64,000 nucleotides of DNA from NCBI GenBank assembly GCA_040756235.1, contig JBFLZG010000137.1, forward strand, positions 1-64,000, in the 5' to 3' direction. Source of the stretch: a bacterium. Its GTDB lineage: Bacteria > Desulfobacterota > DSWW01. Shown here in pieces: positions 38,346 through 47,329 of the stretch (its first letter is position 1; each line of letters opens with the position of its first letter). Position numbers and translations under genes: made by a program. The notes below the pieces were generated by a model. It searched no databases. It was not told the origin of the DNA and worked only from the letters and a program-made list of their open reading frames with translations.

Positions 38346-38546
38346 GAGCTCTTCTCCCCCCTTTCGCAAAGGGGGGGTGGGGGGATTTCGGATGGAGCAG
38401 CCGAGCTCGAAAATCCCCCCTGACCCCCCTTTTTCAAAGGGGGGCAAAGAAACCGGCGTCAGGCTCTTTCCCTGAGCTCTTCACCCCCCTTTCGCAAAGG
38501 GGGGCCGGGGGGATCTTGGATGGAGCAGCCGAGCTCGAAAATCCCC
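38346..38546. repeat. Two ~73-bp direct repeats built from CCCCCCTTT..AAAGGGGGG hairpins (REP-like)
   Basis: 38346-38418 and 38474-38546 share GGATGGAGCAGCCGAGCTCGAAAATCCCC; a third hairpin lies at ~38424-38444. Confidence 0.8.
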
Positions 38547-38570
38547 ACCAACCGGAGCGATACCCAGCTC

Positions 38571-39875
38571 ATGAAAAACTCGTCTCCTGTGTATGTCCTC
38601 TTTCTGGCCGGCGTTGCCGCCTGCCTGTCCGCTGCGCCGGTCGAAGCGCGCTGGAGTCTGAAGCCTCGCGTGTATGCCGAAGCACAGTACGACGACAACA
38701 TCCTCCTCTCTGCAGAGAACGAGCAGGATGATCTCATCACGACCGTTGCGCCCGGGCTCAGCCTGGCGCACGAGAGCCCGACCGACGAGGTGAACCTCGA
38801 CTATCAATTCCTGCACTCCTTTTTCCGGGAAAACTCCGAGCTCGACTACTCGGGTCACATCGGCCGCCTCCGGGCGCACAAGGACTTCGGCCGCCTCGGC
38901 TTCGATCTGGCGGAGGTGTTCCTCCGTTCCGAGAACCCGGTCGAGCTTACCGGGCTCGTCACCTTCGAGCGCCCTTCCCTCCGCCGCGGGGAGAGGTTCC
39001 GCTACACCCGCAACATCGTGGCTCCCGAGCTCCGCTTCCGTTTCGGCGAGGGGCGTTCCGTCCGCCTCTATTACCGGAACAACCTTCTCAGGAACCAGGC
39101 CGGGGACGTGGCCGACCAGGACGCACACGCGTACGGCGCCGCCCTGGCATTCCGGATCAACATACGCAACCGCTTCGACCTTTCCTACGAGCGAGCGGAC
39201 CGCGACTACGGAGAGATCGTGCCGCCGCAGCCTTCGCGCGACTCCGAGGGGGACATCGGCCGCATCCGGTACACCCATGCCTTTGACCCGAGGATCGCCG
39301 TCTTCACCGAGTACCGCTACGACGGAAGGGATTTCGAGCGGGAGACTCCGGGGTTTTTCGACTACACGACCCATGACCCGAGGCTCGGGGTGACCTACGA
39401 GCTTGACGATCGCACGCGCCTCAGCGCGTCCGCCGGCTATGCCGTTCGGGAGGCGGAGGAAGGCAGAGACCAGGAGACCTTCTCCGGCCGGGTCGACCTC
39501 ACGGGGCAGCGCGGGCGCCTGGAGCTCGAGGCATACGGGGAGACCGGCTTCGACGAGGATTTCGTGAGCGCGGAGCTTCTGGGGTTCTACGAGTTCTGGC
39601 GCGCAGGCCTGCGTGCGACCTTCCCGCTACTGGAGCGCCTGTCCCTGGAAGGATACTTCTACTTCGAGCGTGACGAGTTCGACGACATGGACCGCCGCGA
39701 CCGGATCCTGAGCGGCCGGGCGACCCTGAGCTATCAGCTTCTCCGGTGGTTGTCCGTGTCGCTCCACTACCAGCGCATCGAACGGAGCTCCGACGTCTCC
39801 TCCGAAGAGTTCGAAGACAACCGCGCCCTCGCCCGGGTCACGGTCGAACATGACTTCCTCCAAGAGGCCCCCTGA
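38571..39875 (+). CDS. EPS-associated outer-membrane beta-barrel
   Basis: Signal peptide; YDDNILL..DDLITTVAPG; C-terminal FEDNR..VT; follows the export gene. Confidence 0.8.
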   Translation: MKNSSPVYVLFLAGVAACLSAAPVEARWSLKPRVYAEAQYDDNILLSAENEQDDLITTVAPGLSLAHESPTDEVNLDYQFLHSFFRENSELDYSGHIGRLRAHKDFGRLGFDLAEVFLRSENPVELTGLVTFERPSLRRGERFRYTRNIVAPELRFRFGEGRSVRLYYRNNLLRNQAGDVADQDAHAYGAALAFRINIRNRFDLSYERADRDYGEIVPPQPSRDSEGDIGRIRYTHAFDPRIAVFTEYRYDGRDFERETPGFFDYTTHDPRLGVTYELDDRTRLSASAGYAVREAEEGRDQETFSGRVDLTGQRGRLELEAYGETGFDEDFVSAELLGFYEFWRAGLRATFPLLERLSLEGYFYFERDEFDDMDRRDRILSGRATLSYQLLRWLSVSLHYQRIERSSDVSSEEFEDNRALARVTVEHDFLQEAP

Positions 39876-40025
39876 ACCCCGGCCTTCCCGCAGAGCTTCC
39901 CGCCCGCAGCTTCGCCGGTCCGTAATAGCGCCTGCCTCTTCCTGACCCAACAAGAACCCGAACAGACCGTCTTCCCGCATCCTCTGACAGAACGATGCCC
40001 TCGCTCGTTCATGCGAGGCGGCGCT

Positions 40026-40823
40026 TCAATCCGCCCGGGGAGCACGAGGGCGCATGCCGCACGGAAGGACGCGAACGATCTTCAGGAAGCCGCCTTGCAC
40101 GAGCAAGCCGAGCTTGACCATCGCCACGCAGGCCATGCCCCAGAGGGGCGCGATCAGGATGGGCATCCCCTCGCCGGTTGCGTACTGCCAGTTCCCGGTG
40201 GCCGTGCCCATGTACTCATAGAGCGCCCCTAGCAGCGTGCCGCAGAGAAACAGCCAGAAGGTCTCGTGCCAGTCGAAGTCCTCGAGGATCAGGAAGCACG
40301 TGACGAGCACGCCCCCAAGAACGTGGACGTCCATGGCCCTTGCCCAGTCGACCCGGAGGATCCCTTTCCACGTCAGGGCAAGACCGATCGCGGGGAGAGC
40401 GAAGAAGCTCGCCTTCTGGATCCACGTTACGCGCCCCTCGCCTCGTGTCCTCTTTCGCCCGCCCAGAAGCAGGTAGAGGTGATAGACGGTCAGCAGGCAG
40501 ACCCCCCATGTGAACACGACGTAGATGGGCGGTGTTTCCCGGGTCGCGTACGCCCAGACGCCCCTGGTCGTTCCCCACCACTCGCCCCAGTAGGCGAGAG
40601 CAAAGGCGGACAGGAAGAGCGGGACATCCTTTCTGGAATCGCTCTTCAGGAGCGTGAGACAAATCACGACCAGAAGCTCCAGCCAGACCGCGAGCCCCTG
40701 GGAGGGAAGGAGGCGCACCGTTCGCTGCCATCCTCCCATGGCGAAGTGGAGAACGCCCCAGAGCAGGAAGAGATCGAACAGGACGGTGGCGAGGGTCGCG
40801 TAATGTTTCCTCGGAAATCTCAT
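40026..40823 (-). CDS. Integral membrane protein with a duplicated domain (DUF2878-like)
   Basis: Twin motifs GEWWGTTRGVWAY..P..W and YEYMGTATGNWQY..P..W. Confidence 0.65.
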   Translation of the reverse strand: MRFPRKHYATLATVLFDLFLLWGVLHFAMGGWQRTVRLLPSQGLAVWLELLVVICLTLLKSDSRKDVPLFLSAFALAYWGEWWGTTRGVWAYATRETPPIYVVFTWGVCLLTVYHLYLLLGGRKRTRGEGRVTWIQKASFFALPAIGLALTWKGILRVDWARAMDVHVLGGVLVTCFLILEDFDWHETFWLFLCGTLLGALYEYMGTATGNWQYATGEGMPILIAPLWGMACVAMVKLGLLVQGGFLKIVRVLPCGMRPRAPRAD

Positions 40824-41020
40824 GACGGAGCCTGACTTCAGGGTGCCAGGTCCGGCCTTCACGTCCGGAACGCCCCCGGGCCCCTGGTGTGGGCCCTTGT
40901 GCGAGAGGGTCGTCGGGGTGCCGTGACTCGGGTGCGGGCAGGATAAGCGAGAGGGTCCAGGCGGGTCAACGCGAAAAGTGACCCGCACATTGAAGGTTCC
41001 TTCATAGGGTGCTTCAACCG

Positions 41021-41128
41021 GAAGAGTTCGTGGGTATACGCATCGGTCATCCGAAGGAGCTCAGAATCCAGCTCGCTGTCGGAGATAGCGAAGGTCGCCC
41101 GCACTTCAGGGGGAATCATCCTGGAGGT
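41021..41128 (-). pseudogene. Fragment resembling an N-formylglutamate amidohydrolase N-terminus
   Basis: SRMIPPEVRATFAISDSELDSELLRMTDAYTHELF matches the segment that follows HxPH in that family; both flanks are missing. Confidence 0.55.
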
Positions 41129-43325
41129 CGCTTTTCCTGCCCGACCTCCTCGGGAAGAGTCTGGCCGCGAGAGGGGCCAGAAGTAGGAACGCGAAGTTGC
41201 CGATGTCCGAGAGCGTCTTGCTCTCTGCGCCGACCCCCTCTGTCGACGCGAGCGTATCCCAGCCGACCGGGGGCGGGGTCGCGCCGGTCCCGGAGGTGAA
41301 CAGCAGCGTTCCGTCGTTGCCGTGGCTGCTCATGTAGATCGAGCCGCTCCCGCTGAGCGCCATGCTGCTGAAGTCACCGCTTCCGAATAGCCGGTCACAG
41401 GCAGTCTCGGTCACCCAGGAACCTGACGCGTTTGTTGCCATCCTGAGTTGTGAGCTCGTCCCCGACCCGTAGGCGATATAGACCTGGTCCGAGTCATTCA
41501 GCGCAATGGAGCTCTGCTGGCACGGTTCTTCACCCGTCATGGGGTCCAGAGTCGTCGTCAGCCACAAACCCAAGGCGTTGGTCGCATACCTCAGCCCCTC
41601 GGCGGCCGTATAGCTGACATGAGCTCTGGCGGCGCTGTCCAGGGCGATGGAGGTGGCTCCCAGGTATACCTGAGCGACAGGTATGGCGACCCAGCTGCCA
41701 GAGGCATTCGTCGCCACTTTGAGACCGTATTGACTCAGGCCGTAAAGCCCCATGTAGCTGATGTAAGCATGACCGGCCCTGTCCAGGGCAAGGGAAGCAT
41801 TCCGTTCCGCCAGCCCGGAGCTTTCCACCGTGGTCGTCACCCAGGTACCCGACGCATTGGTTGCGTATTCGAGGCCGTTGCCGTTTCCGTATGCGATGTG
41901 GACCTTGCTCGACCCATCCAGGGCGATGGATGTGTACTGCCGGAGCCAGCCGGAATCCACCACGGTGGTTGCCCAGATTCCAGACGCGTTCGTCGCGTAC
42001 TTGAGATTCGCAGAATCGCCACTGGGGTCGACTTCGAGGTAGCTGATGTGGACCTTGCCCGACCGGTCAACGGCGATGGAGCCAAAGGATCCGACGTTTC
42101 CCTCTGAGTCCACGGTAGCTTTGACCCAGGAGCCCGACGCATTGGTCGCGTATCTGAGATCCTGGTTGGTTTCGTCATAGTAGCAGATGTGGGCCTTTTC
42201 GGAGCCATCCAGAGCAATGGACGTGTACCATCCAAGATCGCCCGCAGAATCCAGGGTGGCCTTCATCCAGGAGCCCGAGGCGTCGGTCACGACCACGAGA
42301 TCCCCGTCCGTATCGTCGCGGTAACTGATGTGGACCTTTCCCGAATCGTCCAAAGCGATGGAAGTGTAATGGGTCACGGCTGCCGCGGAGTCGAGCCTCC
42401 GCCTTACCCAGGAGCCCGACGCATTGGTCGCGTACTTGAGATCCTCATTCGTTTCGTCCACGTAGCTGATATGGACTTTGTTCGAGCCGTCGACGGCGAT
42501 GCAGCTATTGGTCCCCACCAGGCCCGTGGAGTCCAGCGTTGTCGCGACCCAGGACCCCGAAACATTGGTCGCATACTTGAGGTCATAGTTGGCGTCGTAG
42601 GCGATGTGGGCCTTTCCCCAGCTGTCCAGGGCGATCGTTGTGTGCGAGCCCATTTCTCCGGCCGAGTCCAGCCTTGTCGCGACCCAAGACCCCGAAACAT
42701 TGGTCGCGTACTTGAGATCGGCGTTTGTACTGTCGAGGTAGCTGACGTGGACTTTCCCCAATCCATCGAGTGCGATGGAGCTGGATCCCCCCACGAAGCC
42801 CTCGGAGTCCACCGTGGTCGCGACCCAGGACCCCGAAGCGTTCGTCATGTACATCAGATCGCCAGTCGGGTAATCGTTGTAGCTGATATGAGCTCTACCC
42901 GAGCCATCCACGGCAATCGAGCTTTGCTCCACGTGACCCGTAGAAGTCAGCGGGATGATGACCCAGGAGCCCGAAGCGTTCGTCGCGTATTTCAGAATGC
43001 CGCCGCTGGTGCCTCCCACGTGGGTGATGTGGATCTTGTCCGAGCCGTCCACTGCGATCGAGGTCCGGTATCCGCAGTCGGCATCCAACATGGTCGTGAC
43101 CCACGTCCCGGACGCATTCGTGCTGTACTCCAGCGCGCCCAAGGTCTCGTTTCGGGAGCTGACGTGAATCGCTCCGGCAGAGTCGATCGCCAGAGATGAG
43201 CCTTGCCCTCCCATTCCACCCGATGGCAGTCTGTCCACCACCTCCGTGACCCAGGCTCCGGCAGGAAGGGGGAAAAGACACAGAACCCAGAGGCATGCGC
43301 AAGAGAGAAGAAGCTTGCCCTTCAT
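41106..43325 (-). CDS. Secreted repeat protein (probable beta-propeller) with a C-terminal membrane anchor
   Basis: Signal peptide; about 14 ~48-aa repeats SIAxDxSGKxHISY..LKYATNASGSW; hydrophobic then basic tail. Confidence 0.85.
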   Translation of the reverse strand: MKGKLLLSCACLWVLCLFPLPAGAWVTEVVDRLPSGGMGGQGSSLAIDSAGAIHVSSRNETLGALEYSTNASGTWVTTMLDADCGYRTSIAVDGSDKIHITHVGGTSGGILKYATNASGSWVIIPLTSTGHVEQSSIAVDGSGRAHISYNDYPTGDLMYMTNASGSWVATTVDSEGFVGGSSSIALDGLGKVHVSYLDSTNADLKYATNVSGSWVATRLDSAGEMGSHTTIALDSWGKAHIAYDANYDLKYATNVSGSWVATTLDSTGLVGTNSCIAVDGSNKVHISYVDETNEDLKYATNASGSWVRRRLDSAAAVTHYTSIALDDSGKVHISYRDDTDGDLVVVTDASGSWMKATLDSAGDLGWYTSIALDGSEKAHICYYDETNQDLRYATNASGSWVKATVDSEGNVGSFGSIAVDRSGKVHISYLEVDPSGDSANLKYATNASGIWATTVVDSGWLRQYTSIALDGSSKVHIAYGNGNGLEYATNASGTWVTTTVESSGLAERNASLALDRAGHAYISYMGLYGLSQYGLKVATNASGSWVAIPVAQVYLGATSIALDSAARAHVSYTAAEGLRYATNALGLWLTTTLDPMTGEEPCQQSSIALNDSDQVYIAYGSGTSSQLRMATNASGSWVTETACDRLFGSGDFSSMALSGSGSIYMSSHGNDGTLLFTSGTGATPPPVGWDTLASTEGVGAESKTLSDIGNFAFLLLAPLAARLFPRRSGRKSDLQDDSP

Positions 43326-43593
43326 GTTGTGGCCCCCCCCGGATCGTGAACTCGGCCCCATAACGCCTGCAAATGCTGCTCGCCCTGCTTCGCGGCGGCA
43401 GGATAGGTCAAAGCCGGTTGGTCAGTCAATGAATAAAAATATTTGACTTGACATATTGCTCATTTTTCAACTCTCGGAAGGCCTCGAAGCCTCATGTGAC
43501 TCCAGGCCGCCCCCGCCCGCTTTCACGATCGGTTTCGCCGCGAGCGGCGGGGTGGTACCACCCCGTTTTGAGAGGGTGGTCGCCACCACCTAC

Positions 43594-44008
43594 TCAGGGT
43601 TTACGCTCTGCAAGCCGTGCCGCCGGATTGTGGATGACGGAGCCTGCTTGATAGTAGCCGAGACCTACGCCCACGGATCGGCGGCCCGAGAGCGCCATGA
43701 CGTCGCCGAGTGTTACCCCCCGTCGTCCTCCCTCGGTCACAAAGCCGGAACGGAGGCTGTGCCCCCCCAAAGGGAGCTGAATTCAGACTGGCCAGTGCCG
43801 CCCTTCGCTTCACGATCTCGGTCACACTCTTCTCCGAGAGGGGGCCTAACGATTTGCCGCTTTTTGAAAGGCGTCTGAAGAGAGTCCCTTCCGAAATCCC
43901 GCTCGCTTTGAGCCACGCCTCCAGTGCGATCGCCGCGCGTCCAAGGACCGGAAACTCCACTCCCTCGCCCTCCTGGTCCGTCTTGGCGGTGGCGAGATGA
44001 TATAGGTA
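43594..44008 (-). pseudogene. Tyrosine recombinase remnant (5'-truncated, frameshifted)
   Basis: AKTDQEGEG..LEAWL..TLFR..IVKRRA, then a frameshift at the G7 run (~43762-43768) to HSLRSGFVT..MALSGRRS..GYY. Confidence 0.85.
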
Positions 44009-44160
44009 GAGCTTGTCCCACAAGCTCTGGTTCGGGAGCCTGTTCAAAAATGCTCAGATGCCAGGCGCGCGAAATCCCGAGGAATGAGGCGTACATTTCA
44101 GTACGCCGCAATGACGAGGGACGAGTGCAACGCCGCAGATGGGCGTTTTGGGACAGGCTC
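44009..44160 (-). mobile_element. MITE-like element, copy C (reverse orientation)
   Basis: GAGCTTGTCCCACAA...TTTTGGGACAGGCTC; flanks TAGGTA/TAGCTA. Confidence 0.8.
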
Positions 44161-44232
44161 TAGCTAGGGGCGACCGGCCGGCGCACCTGGGCGGGATGGA
44201 CAAAGCCGTCAGGCGTGTCCACCAACCAGGGC

Positions 44233-44451
44233 TCAGGCAAACAGCTCATCGCTTGCCTCTGCATCCATCTCCAGCTGTTCCTTCTGGCTCCAACGGCAGC
44301 CGCTTCTGCAGGCCGCGACGGCGCGGATTCCGCAAAAGGGAGTACTGAATGCCAGCCTGACCTCCAGCCCGCCGCCGCACTGCGGGCAGCGGAGCTCCGT
44401 CTCGACCGTACCGCCCGCAAGTTCCGGTCTTTGCGTATCCGACTCTTTCAC
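44233..44451 (-). CDS. Small putative zinc-ribbon protein
   Basis: GGAGG upstream of GTG; CPQC..CRSGC. Confidence 0.4.
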   Translation of the reverse strand: MKESDTQRPELAGGTVETELRCPQCGGGLEVRLAFSTPFCGIRAVAACRSGCRWSQKEQLEMDAEASDELFA

Positions 44452-44511
44452 GATCGGTTTGCCTCCCGGGTTTGCAGGCGCACCGTTGCGGCGGCGGCTG
44501 AGCGGAGTCGG

Positions 44512-45666
44512 TCAGTCATAGGTCTTCAAGAGCTCCCGCGCGATGATCATGCGCTGGATTTCGCTGGTGCCGCCGCCCAGCGTGTTGGCAATCGAGTCCC
44601 GTATGTCTCTTTCGATCGGGTACTCCTTCATGTAGCCGTAACCGCCGTGAATCTGGAAGGCGTCCAGCGCGTCGAGGCGGCTCGTCTCGCCGAAGAACAG
44701 CTTGGCCAAGGAAGCTTCCATCGTGGCCGGCATGCCCCGGGATTTCATCCAGGCGACCTTGTAGAAGAGGGTCTTGTAGATCTCCAGGTGCATCCTCATG
44801 TTGGCGAGCTTGTGCTGGATCTCCTGAAAGTGCGCGATCGGCTGGCCGAACTGGACGCGGCCCTTGGCGTAGCGCACCGCCTCCTCGAGGCGCGCCTCGG
44901 CCACTCCGACCAGAGCCGGCAGCATGGCCGCCCTTTCCCAGACCAGGGTGCCCATGGCGACCTGGAAGCCCTTGCCGACGGCGCCGAGCACGTTCTCCTC
45001 GGGAACGACGCAGTCCTCGAAGATCAGCTCTCCGGTCGGCGACGAGCGCATGCCCATCTTCTCGAGCTTGCGGCCCCGCAGGAACCCCTCGAAGGTGCTT
45101 TCCACCAGGAAAGCGGTGATGCCCTTGTGTCCGAGGGAGCGGTCCACGGTGGCCAGGACCACGAATAGGTCGCCAATGGGGGCGTTCGTGATGAAGGTCT
45201 TGGAGCCGTTGAGGACCCAGCGGTCTTTCTTCTTTTCGGCCCGGGTGGCGATGCTCGCGACATCGCTTCCTGCGCCCGGCTCGGTCTGGCCGTACCCGCC
45301 GATCCATTCGCCGGAGGCCAGCCTCGGCAGGTATTTCTCCTTCTGCCGGTCGGTGCCGGCCTCGACGATCGGGATCTCACAGATCACCATGTGAGCGCCC
45401 AGGGAGGTGACGAAGCCGACGTCCCTGGAGCCGTGGCCGAGCCCTTCCATGGTGATGCAGATGGTCAGGGGGTCCAGATCCAGGCCGCCGTATTTCTCCG
45501 GGACGAGCATTCTCTGGAACCCGAAGTCCGCTGCCTTCGTCCACGCATCCCGATCCAGCTCTTCCTTTGCATCCATCTCGGCAGACCGGGGGGCGACCAC
45601 TTCCTTGCCGAACTTGTAGGCCTGATCCCTCATGGCGAGCTGTTCCGATGTCCAGGAAAAATCCAC
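44512..45666 (-). CDS. Acyl-CoA dehydrogenase
   Basis: TEPGAGSD, LNGSKTFITN, RVQFGQPI, QIHGGYGY, GGTSEIQR. Confidence 0.95.
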   Translation of the reverse strand: MDFSWTSEQLAMRDQAYKFGKEVVAPRSAEMDAKEELDRDAWTKAADFGFQRMLVPEKYGGLDLDPLTICITMEGLGHGSRDVGFVTSLGAHMVICEIPIVEAGTDRQKEKYLPRLASGEWIGGYGQTEPGAGSDVASIATRAEKKKDRWVLNGSKTFITNAPIGDLFVVLATVDRSLGHKGITAFLVESTFEGFLRGRKLEKMGMRSSPTGELIFEDCVVPEENVLGAVGKGFQVAMGTLVWERAAMLPALVGVAEARLEEAVRYAKGRVQFGQPIAHFQEIQHKLANMRMHLEIYKTLFYKVAWMKSRGMPATMEASLAKLFFGETSRLDALDAFQIHGGYGYMKEYPIERDIRDSIANTLGGGTSEIQRMIIARELLKTYD

Positions 45667-45742
45667 GTTCTCGTCCCTCCGTTCCGGGTTGAGGGGCTCG
45701 TCCCCTTCTGCCGCGGATGAATCTTCGGGCGTGCCTGCCCGG

Positions 45743-47254
45743 TCAGAAGATCTCCTTCTCTCTGTCCACGAAATCCGGGATGCTGAGGTAGTACTCCTTC
45801 GGTTGAGTCCTATCGAGTCCCTCGTAGGTAGCCTTGGCCAAGGCGATCCTCTGCCTGATCCTATGGAGGGCAACGAGCGCCTCTTTCTCCAGGGCCACGA
45901 GCGTCTGGTCCAGGGCCTCGTCTCCCAGCCCCAGTCTCTCCTTGAGGTCCTCCCGGCGCATGTACAGGCCCGGATGCCGCTTGTAGTCCTCGGCGAGGGC
46001 GTCCATCAGCGCTTTCTTGGCCTCCTCCTCGGTCAGGGGGCGTTCCAGAACCGCAGAGCGGGCAGCCTGTTCGTGGGCCTGTGCCTCCTTCTCCCACTGC
46101 TTCCAGACGAGGGTGCGCAGGATTTCGTTGGAGCCTGCACCGATCTGGATGAGCTTGGAATCCCGCATGTGCCTCTCCACGGGGTACTGCGTGGTGTATC
46201 CGTCCCCGCCGTGACATTGCACCGCGTCGAGCGTCGTCTTCATCAGGCTGTCGGTGGCGAAAAGTTTGGCCGCGGAGGCGCCCAGCGGGACGTCTGCTCC
46301 TGAGTCCAGCATGCGGGCCGTGTAGTACGTGAGCGTGTGCCCGAGAAGGATGCCCGTGATCATGTCGCTCCCCATGAACTGGACGGCCGGAATCTCGGAG
46401 AGGGTCTTGCCAAACTGAACCCGTCTGTGGGTGTAGTTCAGCGTTTCGTTGAGGGAAGAGCGCGCCACGCCGATGGCGCCGGCCGCGACGCCCAGGCGCT
46501 CGATGTTCAGGGCGTCGGCCATGATCTTCCAGCCGTCCCCTTCATCCAGAATCCGGTTCTCTTTGGGGACGCGTACGTCCCGGAACCGCAGCGCCGCGTG
46601 CCGGGACCCGAAGCGACCCATGACGTCGTGGATCGCCTCGACCGAGAAGCCCGGCGTACCCTTTTCCACCAGGAACGCGCTCATGTGACGGTGCGTGGCG
46701 CGCTCCTTGGGGTCATCGCTGGTCTTGCAGTACACGCAGTAAAGGTTGCCCACGCCGCCCACCGTGATGAACCGCTTGCGGCCGTTGATCACGTACTCGT
46801 CTCCGTCCGGAACAGCCGTGGTCTGCACGGCGGCAGCGTCCGAGCCGCAGAAAGGTTCGGTGATGGCGATGCAGGCGAAGCGTTCCCCTGTCGCGAGTCC
46901 GGGAAGAAATCGCCTTTTCTGCTCCTCGGTACCGAAACGGACGATGGGCGAGTACCCGTAGATGGTGGTTTCGTAGAAGTCCACGGCCACGGCGGCTCCG
47001 CGCGCGATCTCCTCCAGCACGATGCACATGCCTGTCGTTCCGTAACCATTGCCCATCCCCCCGTACTTCTCGGGGATCAGGATGCCGAACCACCCCTTTC
47101 TGCCGATCTCGCTCATGAACTCCCAGGGGAACTTCTTGGTCCGCTCGATCTCCTTGATGCGGGGAGCGATGACGGCATCGGCAAAGGCGGCTGCCTCATC
47201 TGCCAGTGCTTTCTGCTTCTCGTTCCACCAGAAGTACTTTTCCATCGTGTACAT
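45743..47254 (-). CDS. Acyl-CoA dehydrogenase with a ~100-aa C-terminal extension
   Basis: ITEPFCGSD, RVQFGK, QCHGGDGY, GAGSNEI, followed by an extra helical/winged-helix-like domain. Confidence 0.92.
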   Translation of the reverse strand: MYTMEKYFWWNEKQKALADEAAAFADAVIAPRIKEIERTKKFPWEFMSEIGRKGWFGILIPEKYGGMGNGYGTTGMCIVLEEIARGAAVAVDFYETTIYGYSPIVRFGTEEQKRRFLPGLATGERFACIAITEPFCGSDAAAVQTTAVPDGDEYVINGRKRFITVGGVGNLYCVYCKTSDDPKERATHRHMSAFLVEKGTPGFSVEAIHDVMGRFGSRHAALRFRDVRVPKENRILDEGDGWKIMADALNIERLGVAAGAIGVARSSLNETLNYTHRRVQFGKTLSEIPAVQFMGSDMITGILLGHTLTYYTARMLDSGADVPLGASAAKLFATDSLMKTTLDAVQCHGGDGYTTQYPVERHMRDSKLIQIGAGSNEILRTLVWKQWEKEAQAHEQAARSAVLERPLTEEEAKKALMDALAEDYKRHPGLYMRREDLKERLGLGDEALDQTLVALEKEALVALHRIRQRIALAKATYEGLDRTQPKEYYLSIPDFVDREKEIF

Positions 47255-47329
47255 GGCTGCTCCCTCTGGGTGCCCGGGCATTCAGGCGATTCAAGGAAAC
47301 CGGCTCGTTCTTGCTCCCCCTGGCACGGG

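Noticed and set aside
38346..38546. Possible CRISPR array
   Set aside because: Only two long units with conserved interiors, no unique spacers and no cas genes
41106..43325. Periodic DNA repeats as an array or DGR template
   Set aside because: Fully explained by in-frame protein repeats; no reverse transcriptase nearby
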